64,000 nucleotides of DNA from the NCBI GenBank assembly GCA_041394645.1, contig JAWKHV010000007.1, forward strand, positions 38,879-102,878, in the 5' to 3' direction. The translations under genes and the position numbers were made by a program. Source of the DNA: Ilumatobacteraceae bacterium (GTDB lineage Bacteria > Actinomycetota > Acidimicrobiia > Acidimicrobiales > Ilumatobacteraceae). Positions 10,817-20,231 of the stretch are shown here, piece after piece. Under the pieces are notes generated by a model. The model worked only from the letters and a program-made list of their open reading frames with translations, made no database searches and had not been told where the DNA came from. Each line of letters begins with the position of its first letter. The stretch's first letter is position 1.

Positions 10817-12427
10817 ATGACGCCACAGGACCCGATCCGGAACTGGTCGACACGAGTGCGGTTCGAGACCGACGCGAGGTACGCGTTCCGGCTCGGAGAG
10901 ATCCTCGTCAAGGTCGATGAGACTCCCGCCCCCGAGGCTCCGGGGATCGCGCCGTTCGACCCGAAGGGTTCGGCCGAGGCGGTGCGACGGATCGCTCGGG
11001 CCACCGGCATCGCCGAGCCGGTCTTCGACGACGTCGTCGTGAACGGCTACGCGACCTTGCGGGTCAGGGGGGACGTGCCGAGCCTCGTGCGCCGCCTTCG
11101 GGGCGCGGGGTTCACGGCCCAGCCGAATCATGCCCTGTTCGCCAGTGCCGAGCTCCAGGGCAGCCCCGTCTATGGGTCCCCGGTGTACGGATCCCCGGTG
11201 TACGGCAGCCCCGTCTACGGGTCCCCGGTGTATGGCAGCCCGGTCTACGGGTCCCCGGTGTACGGCAGCCCCGTCTCTGGGTCCCCGGTGTACGGCAGTC
11301 CGGTGTACGGCAGCCCGGTGTACGGCAGTCCGGTCTACGGCTCCCCCGTGTACGGATCGCCGGTCTACGGCTCCGGCGGTGCACCGGTCGGATTGCCCGG
11401 CGGCGCCATGCCGGGGTGCCAACCACCCGATCCGTGCCAGTGCACGCCGACCGGGACCGGAGCCCAGAGCCTCGTGTACCCGAACCCGGTGTACGCGCCG
11501 CTGGTGTACGGCGAACCGAACGGCACCAGGTACCAGCGCAGCGGCGAACGCCCGACCCAGGCCAAGCCGGTCTACGGACTCGCTGCTCCGGAGCCGAAGC
11601 TCGTCGACTGGGACACCGCTGCGGTTCGCGTCGCGGTGATCGACACCGGTGCTCCGAAGAACTCGGTCGGATCACCGCTGTATCAGGCGCTGACCGCCGG
11701 AGCGACCCCCACCGACGAACCCGACGTCGACGGCGAGCACGACCTCGACCCTGCGGCGGGCCACGCGATGTTCATCGCCGGGCTGATCCACCAACGAGCG
11801 CCACGCGCCGCCATCAGGCTCCTGCCCGGTCTGTCCACGTACGGCGACGGCGACGAGCAGGCGATCGCCGCCACGATCACCGACTGCGTCGACTGGCCCG
11901 AGCCGCCGCACCTGCTGAACCTGTCCTTCGGGGCTTACACCCTCGACGACGAGGCGGGTGCCCTCCAGGCGGCGATCCAGCGAGCCCAGGCGGCGGGAAT
12001 CGTCGTGGTCGCCGCGGCGGGGAACGATGGGTCGAACCGGCCGCAGTATCCGGCCGCCTTCGACGGCGTGGTGAGCGTGGCCGCCCTCGACGACGCTGCG
12101 CCGGCCTCGTTCAGCAACTGGGGGTCCTGGGTACGGGCATGTGCTCCCGGCGTCGACCTGCAGTCCTGGTTCTGGAGCTACAACGGCCGGACTCGGGAGC
12201 GTTACGGCGCCGACGGCGACGACTTCCGGAACTGGGCAATCTGGTCGGGCACCTCCTTCGCCGCACCGGTCGTCACCGGAGCCCTCGCCCAGGTGATCGA
12301 GACTGGGCTGACCCCCGGCGAAGCCGTGGAGCGCGTGATCGACGACGCCGCCCTGTTCCGTCTTCCGTGCTACGGCACCGTGGTCAATCCACCGGTGCTG
12401 GGCGACCGACCCTGGCTCACGCCGTGA
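10817..12427 (+). CDS. S8 (subtilisin-family) serine peptidase, predicted cytoplasmic, with an N-terminal alpha/beta domain and a (GSPVY)x14 array before the catalytic domain
   Basis: The catalytic triad contexts are VAVIDTGAP (Asp), AAGHAMFIAGLI (His) and WSGTSFAAPVVTGAL (Ser), with GNDG as the oxyanion Asn region. The N-terminus (MTPQDPIRNWSTRVRFETD...) has no signal peptide or hydrophobic helix. The ORF is intact. Confidence 0.85.
   Translation: MTPQDPIRNWSTRVRFETDARYAFRLGEILVKVDETPAPEAPGIAPFDPKGSAEAVRRIARATGIAEPVFDDVVVNGYATLRVRGDVPSLVRRLRGAGFTAQPNHALFASAELQGSPVYGSPVYGSPVYGSPVYGSPVYGSPVYGSPVYGSPVSGSPVYGSPVYGSPVYGSPVYGSPVYGSPVYGSGGAPVGLPGGAMPGCQPPDPCQCTPTGTGAQSLVYPNPVYAPLVYGEPNGTRYQRSGERPTQAKPVYGLAAPEPKLVDWDTAAVRVAVIDTGAPKNSVGSPLYQALTAGATPTDEPDVDGEHDLDPAAGHAMFIAGLIHQRAPRAAIRLLPGLSTYGDGDEQAIAATITDCVDWPEPPHLLNLSFGAYTLDDEAGALQAAIQRAQAAGIVVVAAAGNDGSNRPQYPAAFDGVVSVAALDDAAPASFSNWGSWVRACAPGVDLQSWFWSYNGRTRERYGADGDDFRNWAIWSGTSFAAPVVTGALAQVIETGLTPGEAVERVIDDAALFRLPCYGTVVNPPVLGDRPWLTP
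11159..11368 (+). repeat. 15-bp x 14 in-frame tandem repeat encoding GSPVY (unit 8 is GSPVS)
   Basis: Read directly: ggc agc ccc gtc tat / ggg tcc ccg gtg tac / gga tcc ccg gtg tac ... gga tcg ccg gtc tac. The units differ almost only at synonymous positions. Ser is encoded by both AGY and TCN codons. Confidence 0.95.
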
Positions 12428-13035
12428 CGCCGTCGACGGTCATCCAGCCGGGTGGCAGTGCCGAGGACCGGTATGCGGATCTCGTCGCGACCTATCCGGG
12501 GCTCGTGCGTCGAGCACTCGAACGCGACGAGTCGGCGTGGCGCCAGCTCGTCGACTCCCTGAGCGGTGTGGTGTGGAAGACGGTGAACAGCTTCGATCTG
12601 CCCCAGAGCGATCGCGAAGACGCCTACTCATCGACGTTCTTCAAGCTGTTCGAGCACCTGTCGTCGATCCAGGAACCTCGCAAACTGCCGGGTTGGCTGG
12701 CGACCACGGCCCGCAACGAGGCGCGCACGATCTGTCGGAAGCGGCAGCGTCAGACGCCGGTGGCGGATCTCGTGCTCGCCGATGTGAACTCGGCTGCCCT
12801 CGACGAGGCGATGCTCGACGACGAGCTGACCCGGGCGACGTTGACGGCATTCTCGACCCTCAGCGCGAGGGACCAGAACCTGCTCCGCTTGGCGACCGCG
12901 GTGCCCCCGATCTCCCACAAGGAGATCGCCGAGCTCCTCGACATGCCACTCGGGAGCGTCGGCCCGACGATGGGCCGTGCCCTCAGCAAACTCCGTGCCG
13001 CAATGCACGGGTATCGGACCGGCGGAACATCATGA
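12424..13035 (+). CDS. ECF-type RNA polymerase sigma-70 family factor
   Basis: The GTG start overlaps the S8 stop (GTGA at 12424-12427). The region 2 segment is SDREDAYSSTFFKLFEHLSSIQEPRKLPGWLATTARNEA. The region 4 HTH is LSARDQNLLRLATAVPPISHKEIAELLDMPLGSVGPTMGRALSKLR. At about 200 aa there is no region 3. Confidence 0.85.
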   Translation: MTPSTVIQPGGSAEDRYADLVATYPGLVRRALERDESAWRQLVDSLSGVVWKTVNSFDLPQSDREDAYSSTFFKLFEHLSSIQEPRKLPGWLATTARNEARTICRKRQRQTPVADLVLADVNSAALDEAMLDDELTRATLTAFSTLSARDQNLLRLATAVPPISHKEIAELLDMPLGSVGPTMGRALSKLRAAMHGYRTGGTS

Positions 13036-13499
13036 CGAACGAGAATCACGTGCCTACCGACGAAGAACTCATCGCTCAGCTCGACGGGGCGCTCGCCGCC
13101 TACGAGCCCCTCCCCGACGCCGCACTCCAGACCGCATACGCCGCATTCGCGATGGGTGGGCTCGACGACCTGCTCGCCGAGCTGATCTACGACTCCCTGG
13201 CGCCGGCCGGTGCGGTCCTGGTCCGCGGGGCCGAGACCGAGGCCCGTCTGCTCACGTTCCGCAACGATTCGCTGACCGTGGACCTGACGCTCGCCGCCGA
13301 CGGTGAGACCGTGCTCGGCGAGGTCCTCCCGGCCGGCCCGGCACTGGTCACGATCGAGACCAGAGACGGCACGACCACCGAGGTCGAGATCGACGACTTC
13401 GGGCGCTTCCGCGGCGCCGGCGCCGGCGTGATCCGGCTGCGGGTGCCCGGCCTGCTCGTCACCCCGTGGATCTCGCGCAACGGCAGCGACGAGACGTGA
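13032..13499 (+). CDS. 155-aa soluble acidic protein of unknown function, a possible sigma-factor partner
   Basis: The ATG overlaps the sigma stop (ATGA at 13032-13035). The composition is natural and includes a beta-rich C-terminal part (LLTFRNDSLTVDLTLAADGETVLGEVLPAGPALVTIETRDGTTTEVEIDDFGRFRGAGAGVIRLRV). It has no TM helix and no HxxxCxxC motif. Confidence 0.6.
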   Translation: MTNENHVPTDEELIAQLDGALAAYEPLPDAALQTAYAAFAMGGLDDLLAELIYDSLAPAGAVLVRGAETEARLLTFRNDSLTVDLTLAADGETVLGEVLPAGPALVTIETRDGTTTEVEIDDFGRFRGAGAGVIRLRVPGLLVTPWISRNGSDET

Positions 13500-13531
13500 A
13501 CATCCGCCCTGTCGGCGGCCGGCCGGCGCGG

Positions 13532-14832
13532 TCAGGAACGGGCCAGGGAGCGCACGGCGTGGAGCAGCACGTTGGCCCCGGCCGCCAGGTCCTCGGTCGT
13601 GGTGAACTCGGCCAGGTTGTGCGACAGCCCGTCCACGCTGGGAACGAAGATCATCGAGGTCGGGCAGACCCGGGCCAACATCTGGGCATCGTGTCCTGCC
13701 CCTGACGGCATGCGTCGACAGGAGTAGCCGAGCTCGCGAGCGGTCGACTCCACGAGATCGATCATCGTCGGGTCGAACTCCACCGGCTCGAACCGAGCGA
13801 GGGTGGTACGCACGATGGTGCACCCCTCGGAGCGAGCGGCCCGATCGACGACCTCGAACAGACGGGCCTCGGCCGCCCGCAACACCTGCTCGTCGGTGTT
13901 CCGCACGTCGAGCGTGAACGTGACCCGCTGCGGCACCACGTTCACCAGGTTCGGCACCACATCGATCCGCCCGACGGTGCACACCTGCTCGTCGCCGAAC
14001 TCCAGGGCGAGTTCCCGGGCCGCCTCGATCACGCGCGCCATCGCGATCGTGGGGTCACGGCGCAACCGGATCGGCGTGGTGCCGGCGTGGGCCGATCGCC
14101 CTTCGATCGTGAACTCACTCCAGGAGATGCCTTGGACCCGGGTCACCGCACCGATCGTGATGCCCTCGTCCTCGAGGACCGGACCCTGTTCGATGTGCAG
14201 TTCCAGAAAGGCGTACGGCGGGTCGGCCGCCGGGCACGGGGTCGGCCCGGCGAACCCGATGCGAGAGAGCTCGTCGCCGAGCCTCGCTCCGTCGCTGGAC
14301 CGGGCGTCGAGGGCCGCCTCCAGCGAGAGTCCACCGACGTAGACCAACGAGCCCAGCATGTCCGGCGGGAATCGCACCCCTTCTTCGTCGGTGAAGAACG
14401 CGGTACGCGCAGGGCGCGGGCAGCCGCACCCCCATGAGTGGCCATCGTCTCGACGACCTCGAGTCCGGCAAGCACACCGAGGCAGCCGTCGAACCGGCCA
14501 CCCGTGCCGACGGTGTCGATGTGCGACCCCATCATCACGGGTGCGAGCGACGGATCGGTACCGGCGTAGGTCGCGACGACGTTGCCGATCCCGTCGACCG
14601 TCACGTCGAGGCCGAGGTCCGCCATCCACGACATGACGAGGCGGCGGCCCTCGCCGTCGGCGTCGGTGAGCGCGAGCCGAGCGTTGCCCCAATCGCCGGA
14701 GGGCCCGTCGACGCGACCGATCTCGCCGAGGGCGTTGAGCCGGGTGGCGAGACGGAGGCCGTCGACTCGCCATGAGGACGGGTCGTCGGGATCGTTGGAC
14801 GGCGCGGATGCCGCGCCGTGTTGCTCGCTCAT
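13532..14832 (-). pseudogene. M20-family Zn amidohydrolase (allantoate amidohydrolase / N-carbamoyl-L-amino-acid hydrolase type) with frame change(s) near 14400-14435
   Basis: The N-terminal piece from the ATG at 14832 is MSEQHG...GNVVATYAGTDPSLAPVMMGSHIDTVGTGGRFDGCLGVLAGLEVVETMATHG. The protein continues in another frame as AFFTDEEGVRFPPDMLGSLVY...FLELHIEQGPVLEDEGITIGAVTRVQG...PSGAGHDAQMLA...MIFVPSVDGLSHN. The break sits at a C5/G5 run (14429-14433). Confidence 0.8.
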
Positions 14833-15611
14833 CGGCCGAACTCGAACGTCGCGATCTCGGCGAAGGCTTCGACCAACAGCTCGATCGCGCGCGTGAACAG
14901 CTGCTCGCCGAGTTGGGCGTCGGCGACGGTGGGGTCCCCGATGTGACCATCGGACCCGAAATCGTTGGACAGCCAACCGAACGGCACCGAACCGCCGAAT
15001 CGGACGTGCTTGTTCTGGGCCAGCTTCTCGGGGACGTTGCGCGTGGCGAGGCTCATGTCGACCAGATCGGGACGGAGGTGGAGCAGGATCGAGGTCTCGT
15101 CGGTGCCTCCGTGGATCCCCATCCCGAGTTCCGACGGCGGCGAAGCACCCCCTTGGTCGGCGGGCACGAACGGGTGGGTCAGGAACGTCATCAGGCCGAA
15201 CTCGAGCCGCAGCTCGCGGTTCACGACCTGGAGCAGCGCCGAGTTCCCGCCGTGGGCGTTGAGGAACACCAGGCGCCGGGTCGGGGTCATGGCGACGCAG
15301 CGACCCAGATCTCGCAGCACGGCGAGGAGGGTCTCGGCCGAGAGCCACACGGTGCCGGGGGCCCAGGCGTGCTCGTTGGACTTGGTGTAGCTGAGCGTCG
15401 GCAGCAGCCAGGCGTCGATACCGGCCGCGTTGGCCGCGGCCACGGCGGCCTCTCCCGCGGCGGTCGCCACCACCTCGTCGGTGTTGAGGGGAAGGTGCGG
15501 GCCGTGTTGTTCGATGGCCCCCAGCGGTTGGACGAGGATCGATCGATCGGTGAGCCGACCGGCCACCTCGGGGAAGCGCAGTTCGGCGAGACGCTGTGGC
15601 GAATGTTGCAC
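14829..15611 (-). CDS. Creatininase-family amidohydrolase
   Basis: This is an intact 260-codon ORF. Family motifs are ILVQPLGAIEQHGPHLPLNTD, VFLNAHGGN and GIHGGTDETSILL. It has a 4-nt ATGA overlap with the downstream M20 gene. Confidence 0.85.
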   Translation of the reverse strand: MQHSPQRLAELRFPEVAGRLTDRSILVQPLGAIEQHGPHLPLNTDEVVATAAGEAAVAAANAAGIDAWLLPTLSYTKSNEHAWAPGTVWLSAETLLAVLRDLGRCVAMTPTRRLVFLNAHGGNSALLQVVNRELRLEFGLMTFLTHPFVPADQGGASPPSELGMGIHGGTDETSILLHLRPDLVDMSLATRNVPEKLAQNKHVRFGGSVPFGWLSNDFGSDGHIGDPTVADAQLGEQLFTRAIELLVEAFAEIATFEFGR

Positions 15612-15666
15612 GACGGCGACGCTAGCGGTGCAGCCGTCGTGTCGTCATGAGTGCAAGCATGTCGAC

Positions 15667-17216
15667 ATGGGCGCAGCGGACGCATACGACGCGGTGGTGG
15701 TCGGGGCAGGACACAACGGGCTGGTGGCCGCGGCCTACCTCGCCCGGGCCGGCATGCGGACTCTGCTGCTGGAGGCCCGGGAGAGCCCGGGCGGGTGCGC
15801 GTCGAGCGAGGACGTCCTCGGCGCCCGGGTCAACATCTGCAACTGCGACCACATCACGTTCCGCACGACCCCCGTCGCCGAGGAACTCGACCTCTCCCGC
15901 CACGGCCTGCGCTACCTCGACGTCGACCCGTCGACGCTGAATCTGCCTCGCTCCGGTGCCGCCCCCTGGTTCCAGTTCCACGACCTGGACCGGACCATCG
16001 ACGGGCTGGCCCGCTCGTATCCCGATCAGGCGGACGGCTACCGCAAGTTCATGAAGGTCGCGGGTCCCGCCGCGTCGCTGGTGCTCGCTGCGGCGAGCGA
16101 GCCGCCCACACCACGAAGCCTCGTCACGACCGCCATCAGGCGCGGGCTCCCGGCGGCGATCACGCTGCTCAAGTGGAGCCGGATGAGCGCGGCCGACGTC
16201 CTGCGGAAGTTCTTCGATCGAGACGAGTTGATCGCACCGCCGTTGGCGACCGGACCGTTCGTGTGGGGGGTGTCACCGGAGGCGCCCGGCACCGGCCTGG
16301 GCGCGCTGAAACTGGCGATGAACCACATCGCCCAGGTCGGCCGACCCGAGGGTGGAGTGGCATGCTGCCCACCGCGCTGCTCGGGGCGTTCCAGGCCCAC
16401 GGCGGCGAACTGCGGACGAAATCGCTCGTCACCCGCATCCGGTGCGATCGCTCCCGGGTGGTGGGCGTGACCCTGTTGGACGGCACGGAGATCGACGCGC
16501 CGATCGTGGTGTCGGCCTGCGATCCGCGGCGGACCTTCGTCGAGTGGCTCTCGGGAGCGCCCGACTCGGCTCGGCCGATGGTCGATCGGTGGAACGCGAT
16601 GGCGCTCCACGAGGGCTACGAGTCCAAGCTCGACGCCGTGCTGTCCGACGCTCCCTGGTACCCGGCGCTGGCCGATCACCCGGACGCGGCGGTGGCGATG
16701 ATCCCGACCGCGGTCGTGGCCCCCTCGGTGGCCGAGATGCACCAGGCCGCCGCCGATCTGCCGAAGGGGCTCGCCCCCCGGTTCCCGGTGTTCCTCGTGA
16801 ACGTGCCGACTGCGCTCGATCCCACCATGGCCCCGCCCGGGCGCCACGTGTTCAGCTTGGAAGTGCTGCTCACGCCGTACGGCATCCAGGGCGGCTGGCC
16901 CGGTTCGCCCGAGCCCCGGCGCTGGCTCGAGCAGTACGCCGCGCTCGCCCAGCCCGGGTTCCTCGACACCGTGGTCGACCACCGGGTGATGACCCCCGAC
17001 CGGTACGAGACCGAGTTCCATCTCCCCTACGGCCACGCGACGAGCTTCGCCGGTGGACCGCTGGCCGCGCTGCGCTCCAAGCAGCCCGAGCTGACCCGCT
17101 ACGAGACCGCAGTGCCGGGGCTGTTCCTGACGGGTGCCGCGACCTTCCCTGGTGCCGGGGTCTGGGGCGCGAGTGGCCGGAACTGCGCGCTGACGGTGCT
17201 CCGCAAACGTTCGTGA
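15667..17216 (+). pseudogene. CrtI/phytoene-desaturase-family NAD(P)/FAD-dependent oxidoreductase with one frame change near 16355
   Basis: The Rossmann N-terminus is MGAADAYDAVVVGAGHNGLVAAAYLARAGMRTLLLEARESPGG, and this frame runs to ...HIAQVGRPEGG. The next frame reads MLPTALLGAFQAHGGELRTKSLVTRI...VPGLFLTGAATFPGAGVWGASGRNCA. Confidence 0.8.
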
Positions 17217-17233
17217 CCGCCGAGTCACCCGGT

Positions 17234-17333
17234 GCCCAGGCGTCGCCGACGGTGCTCAGGCGGCTTTGAGAATGCTCAGGCGTCTTTGACGATGCTCAGG
17301 CGTCTTTGACGATGCTCAGGCGTCTTTGACGAT
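17234..17333. repeat. 20-bp tandem repeat (3 perfect plus 2 progressively degenerate copies) that reiterates the stop codon and last codons of the phosphoribosyltransferase gene
   Basis: The unit gctcaggcgtctttgacgat is perfect at 17274-17293, 17294-17313 and 17314-17333. Degenerate copies are gctcaggcggctttgagaat (17254-17273) and gcccaggcgtcgccgacggt (17234-17253). On the minus strand each unit reads ..IVKDA-TGA. Confidence 0.9.
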
Positions 17334-17813
17334 GCCGGACTTGTCGACCACGGGGTCCTTGTCGCTCCAAGGGAAGTTGATCCACTGGTCGGTGCGCTTC
17401 CACACGTACTCGCACTCGACGACCGAGATCGGCTTCTCGTAGAGCACGGCGCAACGAACCTCGGCGACCTTGCCCTCACAGAACTCCTTGACGAGCTTGA
17501 GGGTCTTGCCGGTGTCGGCCACGTCATCGGCCACGAGGATCTTGGCGTGTTCGACGTCGATGAAGTCCGGGACCGGCGGCAGGATCATCGGGACCTCGAG
17601 GCGCTCGTCGACCCCGGTGTAGAACTCCACGTTCATCGTGTAGATGTTCTTCACCGCCAGGCTGTAGCCCAGGGCGCCGGCGATCAACAGTCCGCCCCGT
17701 GCGATCGCGAGGATCATGTCGGGCTCGTATCCGTCGACCGCCACCATCGTCGCGAGCTCTCGCGACGCGTCTCCGAAGGTCTCCCAGGTCAGGATCTCGC
17801 GCTCTGCGGACAA
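17316..17813 (-). CDS. Phosphoribosyltransferase (xanthine/hypoxanthine-guanine PRT-like)
   Basis: The PRPP-binding motif is ILVADDVADTGKTL. A TTG start at 17813 is preceded by AAGGAG with a 5-nt spacer. The longest ORF would start at 17867. Confidence 0.75.
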   Translation of the reverse strand: MSAEREILTWETFGDASRELATMVAVDGYEPDMILAIARGGLLIAGALGYSLAVKNIYTMNVEFYTGVDERLEVPMILPPVPDFIDVEHAKILVADDVADTGKTLKLVKEFCEGKVAEVRCAVLYEKPISVVECEYVWKRTDQWINFPWSDKDPVVDKSGIVKDA

Positions 17814-17929
17814 GGTGGCTCCTTGGTGATCGGGTGCTTCGCAGACGCTAGTGGGTTCCCACCCCAACGACGTAGACCACGCCCGAGGGCGGCCCGCCGA
17901 CTCGGACCCGCTGGTTCCGGGTCACCGGC

Positions 17930-20231
17930 TCAGACGATGTCCTGGGGACGCACGGGGACCCGGGTGAGGTCCTTGCCGATGGCGTCTCGAATCGCCGCGA
18001 CGATGGCGGGCGTGACCGAGATGCACGGCGGTTCGCCCACCCCCTTGGCCCCGAGGGGGCGATCGGGTCGCGTTCCTCGACCAGGAGTAGACGACCGGCG
18101 GCATGTCGAGCATGGTGGGCAGCAGGTAATCGGTGAAGCTGGGGTTCAGGATTCGACCGTCGCGCATGACGATCTCCTCCATCACCGCCAACCCCAGACC
18201 CTGGGCGATCCCGCCCTCGATCTGACCCTGGATCGACAAGGGGTTGAGGGCCACCCCGACGTCCTGGGCCGTGGCGACCTGGATCACCTTGATCAGCCCG
18301 AGTTCGGGGTCGACGTCGACCACCGCCCGGTGGGCGACGAAGGCGAAGGCGGTGTGGCAATCCCCCTGACCGTTCTCGTCGAGGTCGACCGTCGGATCGT
18401 GGCGAAAGACCTCGGTCCGGTCGAAGGCCACGCCGGGAGCGGCATCGGCGACCGGGACCCGCCGGCCAGAGGTCGGGTCCACGATGTCGATCCCGTCGAT
18501 CATCAGCGATGCCGCGGGCGTGCCCCAGGCGTCGGCGACGTGAGCCAGGAGGTCCGACCGGACGGCCTGACAGGCTGCGTTCACTGCGCCGCCGCTCATC
18601 CACGTCTGCCGGGAAGCGCTGGTCGAACCGGCCGACCCGATGCGCGTGCTGATCGGTTCGAGGAGGACCTCGTCGACCCCGAGGACCGTTCGCGCGATCT
18701 GGGGTGCCAGGGTGACGAAGCCCTGGCCGACCTCGGCGGTGGCGAACTCGAGGGTGGCCACCCCGTCCGCGAGGCGACAGCGCGCCGTCGAGTAGTCGTC
18801 GAAGCCCTCGGAGTACATGAGGTTCTTGATCGCCACGCCGTACCCCACCCCGCGCCGGACGTGGTGGGCGTCGGCGGTCAATCCGGCGCCGCCCGGGAGG
18901 TGGAGCGGATCGCCATCGGCGCCGACCGGGGCGTCCGGCATCGGCAACGCCGCCATCTCCCGGATGCAGCGCTCGACCGGAGCCACGTTGCGGATCACCT
19001 GACCGGTGATCAGCCGATCACCGGTCCTCATCGCGTTGCGGAGCCGGATGTCGATCGGCGACACGCCGACCGCCTGGGCCAGCTTGTCCATCTGCCCCTC
19101 GTGGGCGAAGCAGGCCTGCACCACGCCGAAGCCGCGCATCGCGCCGCACGGCAGGTTGTTGGTGCGCACGGCGTACCCGTCGACGATCGCGTTGTCGCAG
19201 CGATACGGCCCCTGGGTGTGGGTGATCGCGTTGACCAGCACCGCCGACGAGGTCGACGCGTAGGCACCGCCGTCGAGCACGAAGCGGGCCTCGACCTTGA
19301 CGAGCGTTCCGTCCTCGTCGGCGTGGTGCCGCATCCAGACCTTGGCCGGGTGCCGGTGGACGTGCCCGAGGAAGCTCTCGGCCCGGTCGTAGTGGATCCG
19401 GACGGGACGCCCCGTACGCAGGGCGAGCAGCGAGGTGTGGACCTGGAGGCTGATGTCCTCCCGGGCCCCGAACGCCCCGCCGACCCCGCCGAGGGTCAGC
19501 CGCACGGCCGACTCCGGAAGATCGAGGCAGGCCGCGAGCTGGGTGCGGTCCTCGTGGAGCCACTGGGTGGCGAGATACAGCTCGATGCCTGCGCCGCCGG
19601 GATCGGGGACGGCGAGGGCGGCCTCCAGGCCGAGGAAGGCCTGGTCCTGCATGCCGAGTTCGTAGGTCCCCTCGACGACGTGCACGCCGACCAGCGCCGT
19701 GTTGCCCCGGACGATCCGCTGGTGGCGAAAGACGTTGCCGTCGGGATGGATCGGCGCCCGCGCCGGATCGATGGCGGCCTCGGGATCGGTCAGCGGGTCG
19801 AGCACCTCGTACTCGACCACGATCGCGGCCAGGGCCCGCTTGCAGGTCTCGGGATGGTCGGCGGCCACTGCGGCGATCGGCTCGCCGACGTAGCGGACGA
19901 AGTCGCTGGCGAACACCGGCTGGTCCTGGCTGATGAGGCCATACGTGGGTTTGCCCGGGACGTCGTCGGCGGTGACGATCGCTTCGACCCCGGCGATCCG
20001 CCAGGCCGGCGTGACGTCGATCCGCACGATGCGGGCGTACGGGTGGGGTGAGCGCAAGGTGGCGCCCCACAGCGCCCCGTCGGCGCCGAGATCGGAGGAG
20101 AAGGCGAACTCTCCGGTGACCTTGGGGATGCCGTCCGGACGCAGCGAGCTGTCGCCGAGGCGACCGGCGCGGTCCGTCTCTCGGGTGCGCGGCGTGCTGG
20201 GAGCGATGGGTGCAGTCGTGGTGTCGGTCAT
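17930..20231 (-). pseudogene. Molybdopterin-binding large subunit of a xanthine dehydrogenase / CoxL-family enzyme with two frame changes near the 3' end (about 18085-18092 and 18055-18059)
   Basis: The ORF from the ATG at 20231 is long: MTDTTTAP...GIPKVTGEFAFSSD...GGAFGARED...NLPCGAMRGFG...EVGQG...LNPLSIQGQIEGGIAQGLG...DYLLPTMLDMPPV. The expected tail LLVEERDPIAP / LGAKGVGEPPCISVTPAIVAAIRDAIGKDLTRVPVRPQDIV lies in the other two frames. The second break is at a 5-nt homopolymer. Confidence 0.85.

Noticed and set aside
11159-11368. Tandem repeats considered as a possible CRISPR array (also 17234-17333 and 56375-56446)
   Set aside because: The units are directly abutting (15, 20 and 18 bp) with no unique spacers. 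Two of the three lie in frame inside coding sequence. No cas genes are present.
8082-13499. The CHAT/S8 locus considered as a classical defence island or prophage fragment
   Set aside because: There are no integrase, recombinase, phage structural, restriction-modification, toxin-antitoxin or nucleotide-signalling genes adjacent to it. The flanks are ordinary metabolic genes with the same composition.
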